Origin: Turneriella sp.
GTDB lineage: Bacteria > Spirochaetota > Leptospiria > Turneriellales > Turneriellaceae
Reading direction: 5' to 3'
Length of the DNA stretch: 64,000 bases
Assembly: GCA_965279515.1 (NCBI GenBank)
Contig: CBDIID010000003.1
Location: 3,744,001 to 3,808,000, forward strand
Positions 42,586 through 52,376 of this stretch are shown in pieces (positions within the stretch are counted from its first letter, which is position 1; the number at the start of each line of letters is the position of its first letter). The notes beneath the pieces were generated by a model, which saw only the letters and a program-made list of their open reading frames with translations, was not told where the DNA came from and did no database searches. Made by a program: the position numbers and the translations under genes.

Positions 42586-43059
42586 CTAGTCCTTCGCGAT
42601 TTTGGCGTCCCAGGAAAAAAAACCTGGGCCGACGAGACAAAGAAACAGCGAGCTTAAGAGTTGCGCATACTCCGATCTAATTTCGTGCAGTACCGCCCAC
42701 GCACCGACCTGCGGCGGCGACGCGGGGAGCGGTAAAGGTGAGGTGCCATAATATAGCGCAATTTTTGTACACAACATCGCAACAACCATTTGAAACATAA
42801 ACCCTATGCCCACAATCCGGGTAAACAACCCCAGTAACAGGCATAGCCCACCCACGATCTCAAACCCACCGACGAACGTTGCTGTCATGTCAGGCCATGG
42901 AAACCCTAGTTTCGTAAAACGGCCGACTCCTTGGTTGAGATAGACGAACTTGAGAATTCCCTCCCAAAGAAACACCCCACCAGCCATTAGCCTAATCCAG
43001 AAAATAGCCTTGGGTCCGTCGACGGGTGGATGTATCAACCACGAATAAATATTTTTCAT
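42586..43059 (-). CDS. DoxX family membrane protein
   Basis: IRL..G.VF..EG..K, GFP.P, EIVGG..LLLGL.TR, GPG.FS.D. Confidence 0.88.
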   Translation of the reverse strand: MKNIYSWLIHPPVDGPKAIFWIRLMAGGVFLWEGILKFVYLNQGVGRFTKLGFPWPDMTATFVGGFEIVGGLCLLLGLFTRIVGIGFMFQMVVAMLCTKIALYYGTSPLPLPASPPQVGAWAVLHEIRSEYAQLLSSLFLCLVGPGFFSWDAKIAKD

Positions 43060-43186
43060 TTTAACTCCTATTTTTAACTGTTCTACAAGGTTGACTCAGT
43101 TCAGGTGCACTTTATTCCGCGCAATGGGAATTTTTTTAGCATTAGACTGGTCATATCATTAGAGTGAAGGCGAATGGTGTCAAACC

Positions 43187-43708
43187 GTGATATTCAATAA
43201 ATCCGCACGCTTTGAAGAGCTGATTAGACCGCACGTTGATTCGGCCTATAACCTTGCGCGCTATTTAGCGCATAACGACGCAGATGCTGAAGATATTCTA
43301 CAAGAATCCTTGATCAGAGCGTTTCGCTTCTTCGAGACCACGCAGGATTTACGCCCTTGGTTCTTGAAAATTGCGCGCAATTGTGCCTATAGTTGGCTGA
43401 AAAAGCAAAATCGCTATCAAGAGATGACCGATGACGAGATGAATTCCCTCGTCGACGAACAACCTATTGCTGAGGCGCAGTGGTTAAAAGAGATTACGGT
43501 TTTTGAAGTTCGTGAAAATATTCTGAAACTTAAAGCACAATTTCAAGAAGTTTTGGTCTTGCGCGAACTTGAGCAACTGTCCTACGCGGAGATTTCATTT
43601 ATCACAGGCATAGCGCAAGGGACCGTAATGTCTCGCCTTGCGCGCGCGCGAAAAAAGTTTCGGGAATTTTACGAACAGGCTCAGAGGGAGGTCTCACGTG
43701 ACAAATGA
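43187..43708 (+). CDS. ECF RNA polymerase sigma factor
   Basis: DAEDILQE..IRAFR, W..IARN, LSYAEI...GTVMSRLARAR. Confidence 0.93.
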   Translation: MIFNKSARFEELIRPHVDSAYNLARYLAHNDADAEDILQESLIRAFRFFETTQDLRPWFLKIARNCAYSWLKKQNRYQEMTDDEMNSLVDEQPIAEAQWLKEITVFEVRENILKLKAQFQEVLVLRELEQLSYAEISFITGIAQGTVMSRLARARKKFREFYEQAQREVSRDK

Positions 43709-44318
43709 ACATAAACTAGAAGGCGAATCTGTCTTTGGCGCGAAGCGTAAGTACCTATACTTCAAGCTACCCGATGCACGCCGTGAACGTCTCTTCGCAG
43801 AAATTCGACCCAAATTTGCGGCAAAAACGATTATGGCAATTGCGGCATCGACTCTACTAGCCATGAGCTTTTTTTTCGGGCAAGCCATGTCGACAAAAGA
43901 TGCTCCAGACCAGATCGCCGGTGAAGTTGTGTCTGCACATGTTCACTCGTTGATGGTCGGTCATCTGTCGGATATCGCCTCATCCGACCGACATACCGTA
44001 AAGCCATGGTTTGACGGTAAGTTAGATTTTTCGCCTCAAGTCAAAGATCTGTCCGCCGCAGGATTTCCGCTCGTTGGCGGCCGATTGGATTACATCGGGA
44101 GTCGTTCGGTCGCGGCACTGGTGTACAAGCATCGAAAGCACGTTATCAATTTGATGCAGTGGCCTGTGAGCGAAAGCGACGGAAAACCAACGTTCTCGAC
44201 GCGGCGTGGTTATCAAATGTACACATGGACGGCTTCAGGCATCAAACATTGGTTGATTTCTGATCTGAACGGGGGTGACCTGCAAAAATTTGTAAATTTA
44301 TTGCTGAACAAAAGCTGA
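43698..44318 (+). CDS. Transmembrane anti-sigma factor
   Basis: SSDRHTVKPWF.GKLDFSP...GFPLVGGRLDY. Confidence 0.88.
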   Translation: MTNEHKLEGESVFGAKRKYLYFKLPDARRERLFAEIRPKFAAKTIMAIAASTLLAMSFFFGQAMSTKDAPDQIAGEVVSAHVHSLMVGHLSDIASSDRHTVKPWFDGKLDFSPQVKDLSAAGFPLVGGRLDYIGSRSVAALVYKHRKHVINLMQWPVSESDGKPTFSTRRGYQMYTWTASGIKHWLISDLNGGDLQKFVNLLLNKS

Positions 44319-44347
44319 GATAGTTCGCTTAAAAAACGGTAACGCAT

Positions 44348-44375
44348 TTTAATAGTTGCTGAGGCAACTATTAAA
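44348..44375. promoter_or_regulatory. Palindromic operator (TAGTTGC-N4-GCAACTA), probably MarR
   Basis: tttaatagttgctgaggcaactattaaa; related copies at 46736 and 47245. Confidence 0.65.
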
Positions 44376-44390
44376 TCAAAAGGAGCCCTC

Positions 44391-45488
44391 GTGAAGAATT
44401 TGCTATGGATCTTAGTGTCAGTGAAAATTCTCAGCGTTAGCGAACTTGCTGCGGCTAAGAGAGTGTTGATTCTAGACTTTCACAATACTGACCGCGATGG
44501 AAGCTTAACATATCTCGAAGAATCGCTAACAGCAAGTGTCCGAACTTACCTGCACGAGAAGTACGAATTTTTCGAACCTGATGTTGTGGATGTACGCAAG
44601 CGAGCTGACGCTGATTATTTTATTTTTCCGGACGATTTACACAATAAAAATGTCGCGCTGCATCTGGGGCTTGCCATGGGTCAAGATATCGTTTTGAGCG
44701 GTGCATTTAAACGAAAAATTGAATCTTCGGGGCGAAATCTCATCATCGTAGATATCATGTTATTGAATGTTGAAAAGCGCACACTTGTTAAACAATTTGT
44801 GAGCGAACTCTATATAGATAGCAATATCTTCAAATCTATCGAGCTCGTATCCCGCCGCGTGGTAAAAGAATCGCAAGAGATTTTGCCCAATAAGAGCGAA
44901 TTTGAATTTGATATACATTCTCCTCTATCACAAAATCAATTGGCATTGTTTAGCGGCTATAATCTTAACTCCCTTTTTCCAGCCTTGCAAAAAAATGCGA
45001 CAATCGAAAATAAATCTCGGGTGGTAGTTGCTGATCTCGGTGGGCCATTTCTTTCACTGGAATTCAGGCGGGATCGATTTTTTAAGCTAGCACGATTGAT
45101 AGGTTATGGCCGTCTCGACGGGCAATTCTTTTTGAGTGATTTGGCCATCCAAGATTCAGCAAATCGCGCCAAAATACAGGGCTTAGGCTTTTCTGCCGAA
45201 CTCGGTCTAGGCTACAATTTGTTTCGCTACAAAAAGCTAAATCTCTATTTTCTGGGTGGAGTCGGTTTTGCATACGCAAAAGTCAGCCTGGATCTGCAGG
45301 ATACCGGGCAGCCCGATACTGTGACCGGTTCAATTTTTGGCCCAACGGCCAGCACGGGATTGCGTGCAGCGTTTCAAATTTCACCCTCTACTAGCTTTGA
45401 ATGGGGTGTTAGCTACCAAGCTTTATTCTTACAACAATCGTTGGCGGGTAATTTATTAACTTCCATAGGCGTAGGATTCAGACTATGA
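44391..45488 (+). CDS. Exported protein with C-terminal outer-membrane beta-barrel
   Basis: Signal peptide; alternating beta strands ending GVGFRL. Confidence 0.7.
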   Translation: MKNLLWILVSVKILSVSELAAAKRVLILDFHNTDRDGSLTYLEESLTASVRTYLHEKYEFFEPDVVDVRKRADADYFIFPDDLHNKNVALHLGLAMGQDIVLSGAFKRKIESSGRNLIIVDIMLLNVEKRTLVKQFVSELYIDSNIFKSIELVSRRVVKESQEILPNKSEFEFDIHSPLSQNQLALFSGYNLNSLFPALQKNATIENKSRVVVADLGGPFLSLEFRRDRFFKLARLIGYGRLDGQFFLSDLAIQDSANRAKIQGLGFSAELGLGYNLFRYKKLNLYFLGGVGFAYAKVSLDLQDTGQPDTVTGSIFGPTASTGLRAAFQISPSTSFEWGVSYQALFLQQSLAGNLLTSIGVGFRL

Positions 45489-46726
45489 AAACCAAACCAA
45501 ACTCTCTGTTGCTTCTCTCGATCACTTTATTTTTCAGCTGTAGTGGAGGCCTTGAAATCGACACACAGTTCGGCAAAGTTCTGGTTTCCCCGACTACGGG
45601 CCTGACGACAATTGCTGGCGGTGGGACTACAAACTTCTCTTTGGCTCTCGCTCAAAAACCCAAAGCCGATGTGACTATCCGCCTGAATAGTTCTGCTGAA
45701 TCGCTTGGCTACGTCGATAAAAAACGCCTTGTTTTCTCTGCGCAAAATTGGTCGCAGAAGCAAATTGTCACGATCACGGGTACTGACGAAACAATTAGCG
45801 CCAACATTGCTCAAAAGTATAAGATAGTTTTTGCGCCCCTTGAAAGTATAGATGGCAACTACAGCGCGCTACAGATACCAGAGCTTGCAGTGCTGAATTA
45901 TCCCGCTGTCGCTGGCTTTACTCTGAGCGCCACATCGGGGCTTACGACGACAGAAGCGGGTGGTACAGCCACCTTTACGATGCGATTAAATCGACAACCG
46001 ATGGGGAATGTGACGGTCAATCTTAGCTCGAGTAATATTCTTGAAGGCACTATTTTGCCTGCGAGTTTTATTTTCACTAGTGCAAACTGGAATATCGTTA
46101 AGACGGCGACAATTACAGGCATTCCTGACTTAAAACTTGATGGCAATGTTGATTTTAACATAGTTACCACGGTTGCGCTTGGCAGTGATTCTGAATACCT
46201 ATTGCTGAATCCGACGGATTTCAGTGTTACCAATATCGATGTTGATAGTGGCAAATTTCTTTTTGTCACTACGGCTAGTTTCATGGGTACAGGTGGTTTA
46301 ACTACCATGGATATTCGCTGCAATGCAGTCGATGCCGCGCGGCCGACGGTTGGTGGTACGTATCAAGCTGTCTTGGGCGCACTAGACAGCGCAGGTAACG
46401 TCGTACGCAGCGGGGGGCTTTTAGCCAATCAGAGATACTATCGCGGCGTGGATAGCCTCTATGTCGGCATCACGAATGGCTTGGGTCAACTTCAGTTTCC
46501 ATTGACGAATAGCACTTTGGGCGGCTCAGGTATCTACTGGACAGGACTAACCGCAAGCTTTGGCGTGAGTATCGACACCTGTCGAAATGGAGCGGTTGAT
46601 TCTTGGACCGGTGGGCCGTTCAACGGTACTGTTGGCACTGGCACCGTAACCTCATCCGCAGCTGTGGCCACTGGCACTGGCAGTTGCGGTGCTGGAACTG
46701 CGAGGCTTCTCTGCGCACAGCAATGA
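45485..46726 (+). CDS. Surface lipoprotein with Ig/Calx-beta-like repeats and endostatin-like (DUF1554/Len-type) C-terminus
   Basis: FFSC lipobox; TTEAGGTATF..L..QP...V repeats; YWTGL...C..W...LLCAQQ. Confidence 0.72.
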   Translation: MKTKPNSLLLLSITLFFSCSGGLEIDTQFGKVLVSPTTGLTTIAGGGTTNFSLALAQKPKADVTIRLNSSAESLGYVDKKRLVFSAQNWSQKQIVTITGTDETISANIAQKYKIVFAPLESIDGNYSALQIPELAVLNYPAVAGFTLSATSGLTTTEAGGTATFTMRLNRQPMGNVTVNLSSSNILEGTILPASFIFTSANWNIVKTATITGIPDLKLDGNVDFNIVTTVALGSDSEYLLLNPTDFSVTNIDVDSGKFLFVTTASFMGTGGLTTMDIRCNAVDAARPTVGGTYQAVLGALDSAGNVVRSGGLLANQRYYRGVDSLYVGITNGLGQLQFPLTNSTLGGSGIYWTGLTASFGVSIDTCRNGAVDSWTGGPFNGTVGTGTVTSSAAVATGTGSCGAGTARLLCAQQ

Positions 46727-46735
46727 GAATGCTAA

Positions 46736-46757
46736 ATTGGTTGCCAACGCAACCAAT
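46736..46757. promoter_or_regulatory. Palindromic operator upstream of marR
   Basis: attggttgccaacgcaaccaat. Confidence 0.6.
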
Positions 46758-46773
46758 GACTCGTCTTTGGCTC

Positions 46774-47211
46774 ATGCTTAGCCTAGATAAGGCCTATGGA
46801 TTTCATATCGTACGCATTGCACGACTTTTGCGACTGCATTTTTCTAGGTTCGCCGAAAAAAACGGGTTCGATATTTCGCAAGAGCAATGGCTGATCATGA
46901 ATAAATTAGCGCATAACCCTGGTCAATCCCAACTTGAACTCGGCGATGCATTGATACACGACAAACCCAACATCACACGAATTTTGGCCGGCATGGAAAA
47001 GCGCAAGCTCATTCAACGCCGCGTCGACACCAGCGATCGCCGCATTATGCGCGTGAGCCTCAGCGCGCAAGGTAGAAAATTGCATGAAGAATTTTCAGAG
47101 GTCGTCGCCAACGAGCGGCCGAAAATTTACGCAGGTTTAGCTGAGGCAGATTTCATAAATTTGATGAAAGTTCTGTCGCAGCTCGAAACGAACATTAGCC
47201 GCAACATGTAA
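46774..47211 (+). CDS. MarR family transcriptional regulator
   Basis: EQWLI...SQ.EL...DKPNITRIL..MEK..LI.R..D..DRR. Confidence 0.92.
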   Translation: MLSLDKAYGFHIVRIARLLRLHFSRFAEKNGFDISQEQWLIMNKLAHNPGQSQLELGDALIHDKPNITRILAGMEKRKLIQRRVDTSDRRIMRVSLSAQGRKLHEEFSEVVANERPKIYAGLAEADFINLMKVLSQLETNISRNM

Positions 47212-47244
47212 TGCGAAGCTTAAAAAAAGGCCTCATAACGGCAA

Positions 47245-47264
47245 ATAGTTGCCTAGGCAACTAT
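47245..47264. promoter_or_regulatory. Palindromic operator upstream of downstream operon
   Basis: atagttgcctaggcaactat. Confidence 0.65.
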
Positions 47265-47283
47265 AAGAAATTTGAAGGAGAAA

Positions 47284-47733
47284 ATGATGAAAAAGAAAAC
47301 GAGAAAATCCATGTTGTTCATGGCATTGACACTGATGACGGGTGTATTTGCTGCACCAGAAAGCGCGGGCACGGTCAAAGAGTTGCGCCGAAAAATCGAA
47401 GCGTTCAAAGACGCCGGTGACGCACGCGACGTGGCGGCGATGAATGCAGTGCTGCACAAAGATTTTCGCTTAATGGCGTTTATCGGCGCCGCGACTGAGG
47501 GCATGGCGATGGATAAGGCGGGCTATGTCGGTGCGCTTACCGCTGGCAAAATCGGCGGAACCAAGCGCGCGCACAAGATTCTATCGCTTGAAGTGCGTGG
47601 CAAACACGCCGCGATTCGCATTCAGATGACGTCGAAAGAATTAAAATTCGACACGTACATGCAATGGGTTCAGACCGTCGATGGTTGGCAGCTCGTGAAC
47701 GATTTAACGCTGGCAGTACCTCAGGCAAAATGA
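47284..47733 (+). CDS. Exported NTF2-like (DUF4440-type) protein
   Basis: Signal peptide; D.....VLH.DF ... DGWQLV. Confidence 0.7.
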   Translation: MMKKKTRKSMLFMALTLMTGVFAAPESAGTVKELRRKIEAFKDAGDARDVAAMNAVLHKDFRLMAFIGAATEGMAMDKAGYVGALTAGKIGGTKRAHKILSLEVRGKHAAIRIQMTSKELKFDTYMQWVQTVDGWQLVNDLTLAVPQAK

Positions 47734-47734
47734 C

Positions 47735-48232
47735 ATGCGCCGGGTGGTATGGGCAGTTATTATTTCGGGGTGGTGCTTGAGCTCAGCCACCCCGCGCGCA
47801 AATCTCATTCAGGCGCAGGGTATGGAAGTCACTTGGTCGCTTACAAGCGATGAAGTGATCTTTAAGCTGCGCGCCCCGCATACAGGTTGGGTGGCGATTG
47901 GGATTAATGAGTCAGACAACCTCACTGGAACCAATCTGATAATGGCGACAGTTTCCGGCAATGCAGCAAACCTGTCTGACCGCAGCATTATTGCACCCGG
48001 CGACCATCGTAGCGTTGAGACACTCGGCTGTAAATCGCATGTGCGATTAATTTCGGGTAGCGAACAAGCTGGCGCCACGAACATTCAGTTTGCGCTCAAG
48101 CTGCAAAGCAGCGATCGCTACCATTACTCTCTGAGCGCCGGAAAAAAAATCTGGCTACTCATGGCTTATAGTGAAAGCGACGATTTAATGCACCATTCTT
48201 TGTTTAGAACTTCGAAACAAATTATGTTGTAA
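47735..48232 (+). CDS. DOMON domain protein
   Basis: W......F.L.AP.TGWVAIG ... L.AYS.SDD..HHS. Confidence 0.82.
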   Translation: MRRVVWAVIISGWCLSSATPRANLIQAQGMEVTWSLTSDEVIFKLRAPHTGWVAIGINESDNLTGTNLIMATVSGNAANLSDRSIIAPGDHRSVETLGCKSHVRLISGSEQAGATNIQFALKLQSSDRYHYSLSAGKKIWLLMAYSESDDLMHHSLFRTSKQIML

Positions 48233-48268
48233 TGGAAATGGAAATTTGATTTAGGAAAGGAGAAAAAC

Positions 48269-48646
48269 ATGAAAGTAAAAAAAATAATTTGGGCATTGGT
48301 CGCGTTAGCGACATCAGGTATTTGGGCAGACGTAGTGCCTTATTCAAAGGCAGAATTTCTCAAAGCGCAGGAAGATGGCAAATCTGTTGTCATCGACGTC
48401 GCGGCATGGTGGTGCCCGGTTTGCCGCATTCAGAAATCGCGCATCACCTCGCTGATTGAAGATGAAGTGGAATTCAAGAATACCACTGTCTTTGTTGTCA
48501 GTAACGGCGATTCCGAAACGAAGCAAGAATTTGGCGTGAGCAGCAGGGGGACAGTAATTGCCTTTAAAGGCAAAACCGAAAAATCTAGACTGGTGCTCGA
48601 AACCGACAAAGAAAAGCTGCGAGAGCTTTTGCGCTCAGGACTTTGA
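48269..48646 (+). CDS. Exported thioredoxin family protein
   Basis: AWWCPVC. Confidence 0.88.
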   Translation: MKVKKIIWALVALATSGIWADVVPYSKAEFLKAQEDGKSVVIDVAAWWCPVCRIQKSRITSLIEDEVEFKNTTVFVVSNGDSETKQEFGVSSRGTVIAFKGKTEKSRLVLETDKEKLRELLRSGL

Positions 48647-49356
48647 TGCCGTTTGCTCTAACATTCATGGCTGGTGCCATCGGCACCCTGTCACCGTGTG
48701 TTCTGCCCGTGCTGCCCATCGTTATGGGTAGCACGCGGCAGTCAGGGCCCTTGGGCCCCGTTGTGCTAGCGGCAGGAATGATTTTTTCATTCACCCTTGT
48801 CGGCTTTAGCGTCGCGAGTTTTGGCTATAAAGTTGGCATAACGCAAGAGACGATTAGCTCTGTTGCTGCAGTGATGCTGCTCATTTTTGGCCTAGTGATG
48901 TTTTCGAGTAGCTTGGCGGATTTTTTGACGAAACTGCTGCGTCGTTTCTCTGAGCGGTTTGCCAACGTCTCGGCGAAATCAGACAAAAAAACTTATGCCG
49001 GTCAGTTTTTTACCGGTATCTTACTCGGCGGCATTTGGAGTCCTTGTACGGGCCCGACCCTCGGCGTTGCCATATCACTTGCTGCTTCGCAAAAAGATTT
49101 ACTCCGTTCTTTTTTTCTAATGGCAACGTATGGCGTAGGTTCCGCGCTACCGCTGATGCTGGTTGCATATTTTTCACGCCAGTTTTCGTCCAGACGAGAA
49201 CGCATTGGCAATCTTGCCGCTTCGAGTAAGAAAGTTTTCGCGATCATTCTCATTATTGCCGGATTATTGATGGTGACACATTTAGATAAAGTGCTAGAGG
49301 GCTTCTTGCTGGATATTCTACCCGAATCATTCATGAACTTTCTCACGAAGTACTGA
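48643..49356 (+). CDS. ccdA: Cytochrome c biogenesis CcdA / DsbD transmembrane protein
   Basis: LSPCVLPVLP and WSPCTGPTLG. Confidence 0.9.
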   Translation: MMPFALTFMAGAIGTLSPCVLPVLPIVMGSTRQSGPLGPVVLAAGMIFSFTLVGFSVASFGYKVGITQETISSVAAVMLLIFGLVMFSSSLADFLTKLLRRFSERFANVSAKSDKKTYAGQFFTGILLGGIWSPCTGPTLGVAISLAASQKDLLRSFFLMATYGVGSALPLMLVAYFSRQFSSRRERIGNLAASSKKVFAIILIIAGLLMVTHLDKVLEGFLLDILPESFMNFLTKY

Positions 49357-49841
49357 TGCAAGTTTTTTGGAAATTTTTATTCCTGAGTACGCTTATTCTA
49401 GGCACTTCTTCCTGTAATGCTCCACGGAAAAACTTGAAACAGATAACCATGATTAATCCACCGAATGTCTACGCCACGTATGACCGCGGCTTTTCTCAAG
49501 GCGTGCGCGCTCACGTGAGCGAGATTATTTTTCTTTCAGGTATAGTCGGCTGGCAGGAGAATCGAAAGCTCAAAGATCAGGACGATTTTACATCGCAAAC
49601 GCAACAGGCGTTTAGAAACATAATGAGCATTCTGGCCCATGAAAACTTGTCGGAAAATTCGATACTGCACCTACGTTATTTCGTCGTGAATCTGTCACCT
49701 GAGCGAGTACAACGGGTGGCGCAGGCGATGGCTGCGATCTTTAAGTTCGATTATAAACCTGCCACGACCATCGTCGGCGTATCCGCCTTAGCGCGACCTG
49801 ACCTATTGATAGAGATCGAAGTGACAGCAGTGGCAAAGTAA
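49356..49841 (+). CDS. RidA (YjgF/YER057c) family protein with lipoprotein-like leader
   Basis: FSQGV...IFLSG...PATT.VGV.AL..P..LIEIE. Confidence 0.88.
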   Translation: MQVFWKFLFLSTLILGTSSCNAPRKNLKQITMINPPNVYATYDRGFSQGVRAHVSEIIFLSGIVGWQENRKLKDQDDFTSQTQQAFRNIMSILAHENLSENSILHLRYFVVNLSPERVQRVAQAMAAIFKFDYKPATTIVGVSALARPDLLIEIEVTAVAK

Positions 49842-49843
49842 AA

Positions 49844-49976
49844 AAAATAGTTCTTTAAGGCCATATTTAACTTCTCATAATCAGTATTCCGACCGATGAC
49901 CTCACTCTGAAACGGGCTTTACACCTGAGAGATAATGGGTTCTGTAGGCCAAGTTGGGAGTAATTTCCTGCATGTT
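49844..49976 (+). repeat. Inner capture repeat, complete A+B
   Basis: aaaatagttctttaagg...cataatcagtattccgac...cgggctttacacctgagag...ggagtaatttcc. Confidence 0.8.
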
Positions 49977-50042
49977 TAATGCCGAACACGTTGCATCGCC
50001 GACACGAGGTCGGCGAATAACAAAGGCGCAATTATTTCAGAC

Positions 50043-50250
50043 AACGTGGATTTTACGCTGACGTTTTTTGACGCCAGTGTCATTTATTCAATCTGTAAAG
50101 CCGATTCGCGTCAAAAAATGTGGTCGTAGCGGCTCGCAGTGGCGCGCAAAAGCAAGCGTCCCGCTTGCGCGACATCTGCGATCTTTGCCGCGGAGACCCG
50201 AGCACGCGAGGAGCTACGGCACCGCAGCGGCGCAGCGCGTAAAATTTGTT
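50043..50250 (-). repeat. attC-like site 39
   Basis: Family consensus ends. Confidence 0.9.
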
Positions 50251-50312
50251 GTCTGAAGTAATTGCGCCTGTGAGCCCTGGCAAGGAGGCCAGGGCGACGG
50301 CAGATAAATGCT

Positions 50313-50407
50313 CATAACTTGTCATTTTGTCACCTTCAAAAACAGGCTTTACACCCGAGAGATTCGGGATTCTGTAGGCCTTAGTGGGGAGTAATTTCCT
50401 ACATATT
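50313..50407 (+). repeat. Inner capture repeat, B part
   Basis: 95 bp identical to 55611-55705. Confidence 0.9.
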
Positions 50408-50625
50408 AATATAAATCCCGCGTGGGCAGGCGTAGCGCATTAATGGTCACCTTGACTTGAGACGGGAATATGAATTATCGCACCGAGAAACAGACCCCGC
50501 GATCTGTCACTGCGCACAACAGAATTTAGGATTCTGCACCAGAATACCAGTCGGATTCGAGGATTGCGCTGCGGAAAAATGATTCGTCCGGAGCAGCGTA
50601 ATCGGGCTTTACAGACGCCACGCGC

Positions 50626-52236
50626 TTGTTGAGGTTGTTGACCCCCGTATCTATCATGCTGCTCCGATCAATGAGTATCATATTTCTCCTCGGCGTTGCG
50701 CCGGTTTTTTCCGCAGACTTAAGGCTTGAAATACCGCAACCCTATGATTTGGGTAAATTTTGCGCGTATACGCTCCTACCGAATGCAGCGGCGAACGTTG
50801 AAGAGGTTCTGACACTACCCACAGCGCAGTGGAAGCCAATACATTCCAGCGTGATTTCCCTGGGGGTAAACCCCAGTATCGTATGGCTACGTTGCCGCCT
50901 CGTCAATCAATCCGTTGAGCAAAATTGGTCATTGGTTTCGCAATACAATTTTGGCCGAAGCATCGAAGCATTTTTCGTGACCGGACGGGAAAAAATGCCA
51001 CAGGCGGCGCAACTACAGCCAAATACCAAATCGTTCTGGCAGCGCAACGACGCCTTCGCGCTACCGACCAAAAGCGCGCAGCCAATCGAAATAGTGCTGC
51101 GCTACGAATCTGATTTAGCGAAAGTAATGTATTTTCAGGTGATGCCTGAACGGCTGCTCACCGGACAGGAAAATCAGGAGAGCGCATTTTTTCTTGTCTT
51201 TACCGCCGTTTTAATCTTGTTCATACTGCTGAATCTGTTGCTCGCGGTAAGCCTTAAATCCGTTATTCCGGTATTGTATTCGCTTAGCATGCTGACCTAC
51301 TACCTGTACCAAATTATCCAGCTGGGTTTCGGTCCCGTGCTATTTTATCCTGACCGGCCTGCCATAAACGGAAACATGGTAAGCATTTCAGCGGGCATCT
51401 CCATAATTTTTTATCAATTATTTTTCCAGCGTCTGTTACAGTTCAAGACGCTCGTTCCGCGATTGAATCTTGTGATGAATGTAATAAGCGTCGTTTCTGG
51501 CGTGTATATTTTTGCCACTGCTTTCACGCTTCTGCCTATTGGTATTTTGCAAAAAATCGGCCGGCTTTTGTTTTTCACAGCGGCAATGGTTGTCTTTTCT
51601 GCGGGATGGATTGTTTACCGCAAGCGCTTCAGGCCAGCTATATATTCGATCTACGGTTACGCTGTGATCTTGCTCTGCCAGAGCTTCTATTTTGCTGTGA
51701 TGTCGGGCTTTATCGATTTTGGCGGTTATTTCGTGAAAATAATTCTACCCTTGGGTCAAACGGTCGAGTATCTGTTTTTCTTTACCACGTTGTCTCTGCG
51801 CCTTAGGGACAAGGCGCAAATCAACCGCCTACGCCAAATTACCGAAGACGAAGAAATAACCCGCGATCTGCAAACCGATGAAAAACTAAGGTTATCCGAA
51901 GACAAGGCTGCCAAAGTGAGCGACGAATTACGCGAAATTTTCACGCGGGAAAAAATTTTCTGTGACGAAGACCTTTCGCTCGATCGTCTTTCTGCCATGC
52001 TGCATATTACACGGCATGAATTATCCGATCTATTGAGCAAGCGGTTTGGCACAAATTTCTACGATTTTATCAACCGGTATCGGGTTGAAGAGGCGCAGAG
52101 ACTGTTACGCGAAAATCCAGAAGAAAAAATACTGGATATCGCCATGGCGGTTGGCTTCAACAGTAAGTCGACGTTCAATAAGGAATTCAAAAGAGTCACG
52201 GGAAAAACGCCTAAGGCAACGCGGAATCCGTCCTAA
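50626..52236 (+). CDS. 7TM-DISM sensor fused to AraC-family HTH
   Basis: Extracellular domain, about 7 TM helices, FYDFIN.YRVEEA...IA..VGFNSKSTFN..FK; start uncertain. Confidence 0.88.
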   Translation: MLRLLTPVSIMLLRSMSIIFLLGVAPVFSADLRLEIPQPYDLGKFCAYTLLPNAAANVEEVLTLPTAQWKPIHSSVISLGVNPSIVWLRCRLVNQSVEQNWSLVSQYNFGRSIEAFFVTGREKMPQAAQLQPNTKSFWQRNDAFALPTKSAQPIEIVLRYESDLAKVMYFQVMPERLLTGQENQESAFFLVFTAVLILFILLNLLLAVSLKSVIPVLYSLSMLTYYLYQIIQLGFGPVLFYPDRPAINGNMVSISAGISIIFYQLFFQRLLQFKTLVPRLNLVMNVISVVSGVYIFATAFTLLPIGILQKIGRLLFFTAAMVVFSAGWIVYRKRFRPAIYSIYGYAVILLCQSFYFAVMSGFIDFGGYFVKIILPLGQTVEYLFFFTTLSLRLRDKAQINRLRQITEDEEITRDLQTDEKLRLSEDKAAKVSDELREIFTREKIFCDEDLSLDRLSAMLHITRHELSDLLSKRFGTNFYDFINRYRVEEAQRLLRENPEEKILDIAMAVGFNSKSTFNKEFKRVTGKTPKATRNPS

Positions 52237-52376
52237 GGGCATTCTCTGCCTGCGCTCTGCCCACGGCGGCGGTTTGTGATGAAAAAAAAGAGCCTCCCTA
52301 CGTCCGACTGGAACCAAACGGTCGAAATCCGCCGGATTCTGCTGTATTAGATGAGCACCAAAAAACAGGAGAATCT

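Noticed and set aside
50343..50380. CAGGCTTTACAC resembling the lac promoter -35 region
   Set aside because: No -10 element at 16-18 bp in the copies, so it is not called as a promoter or vector contamination.
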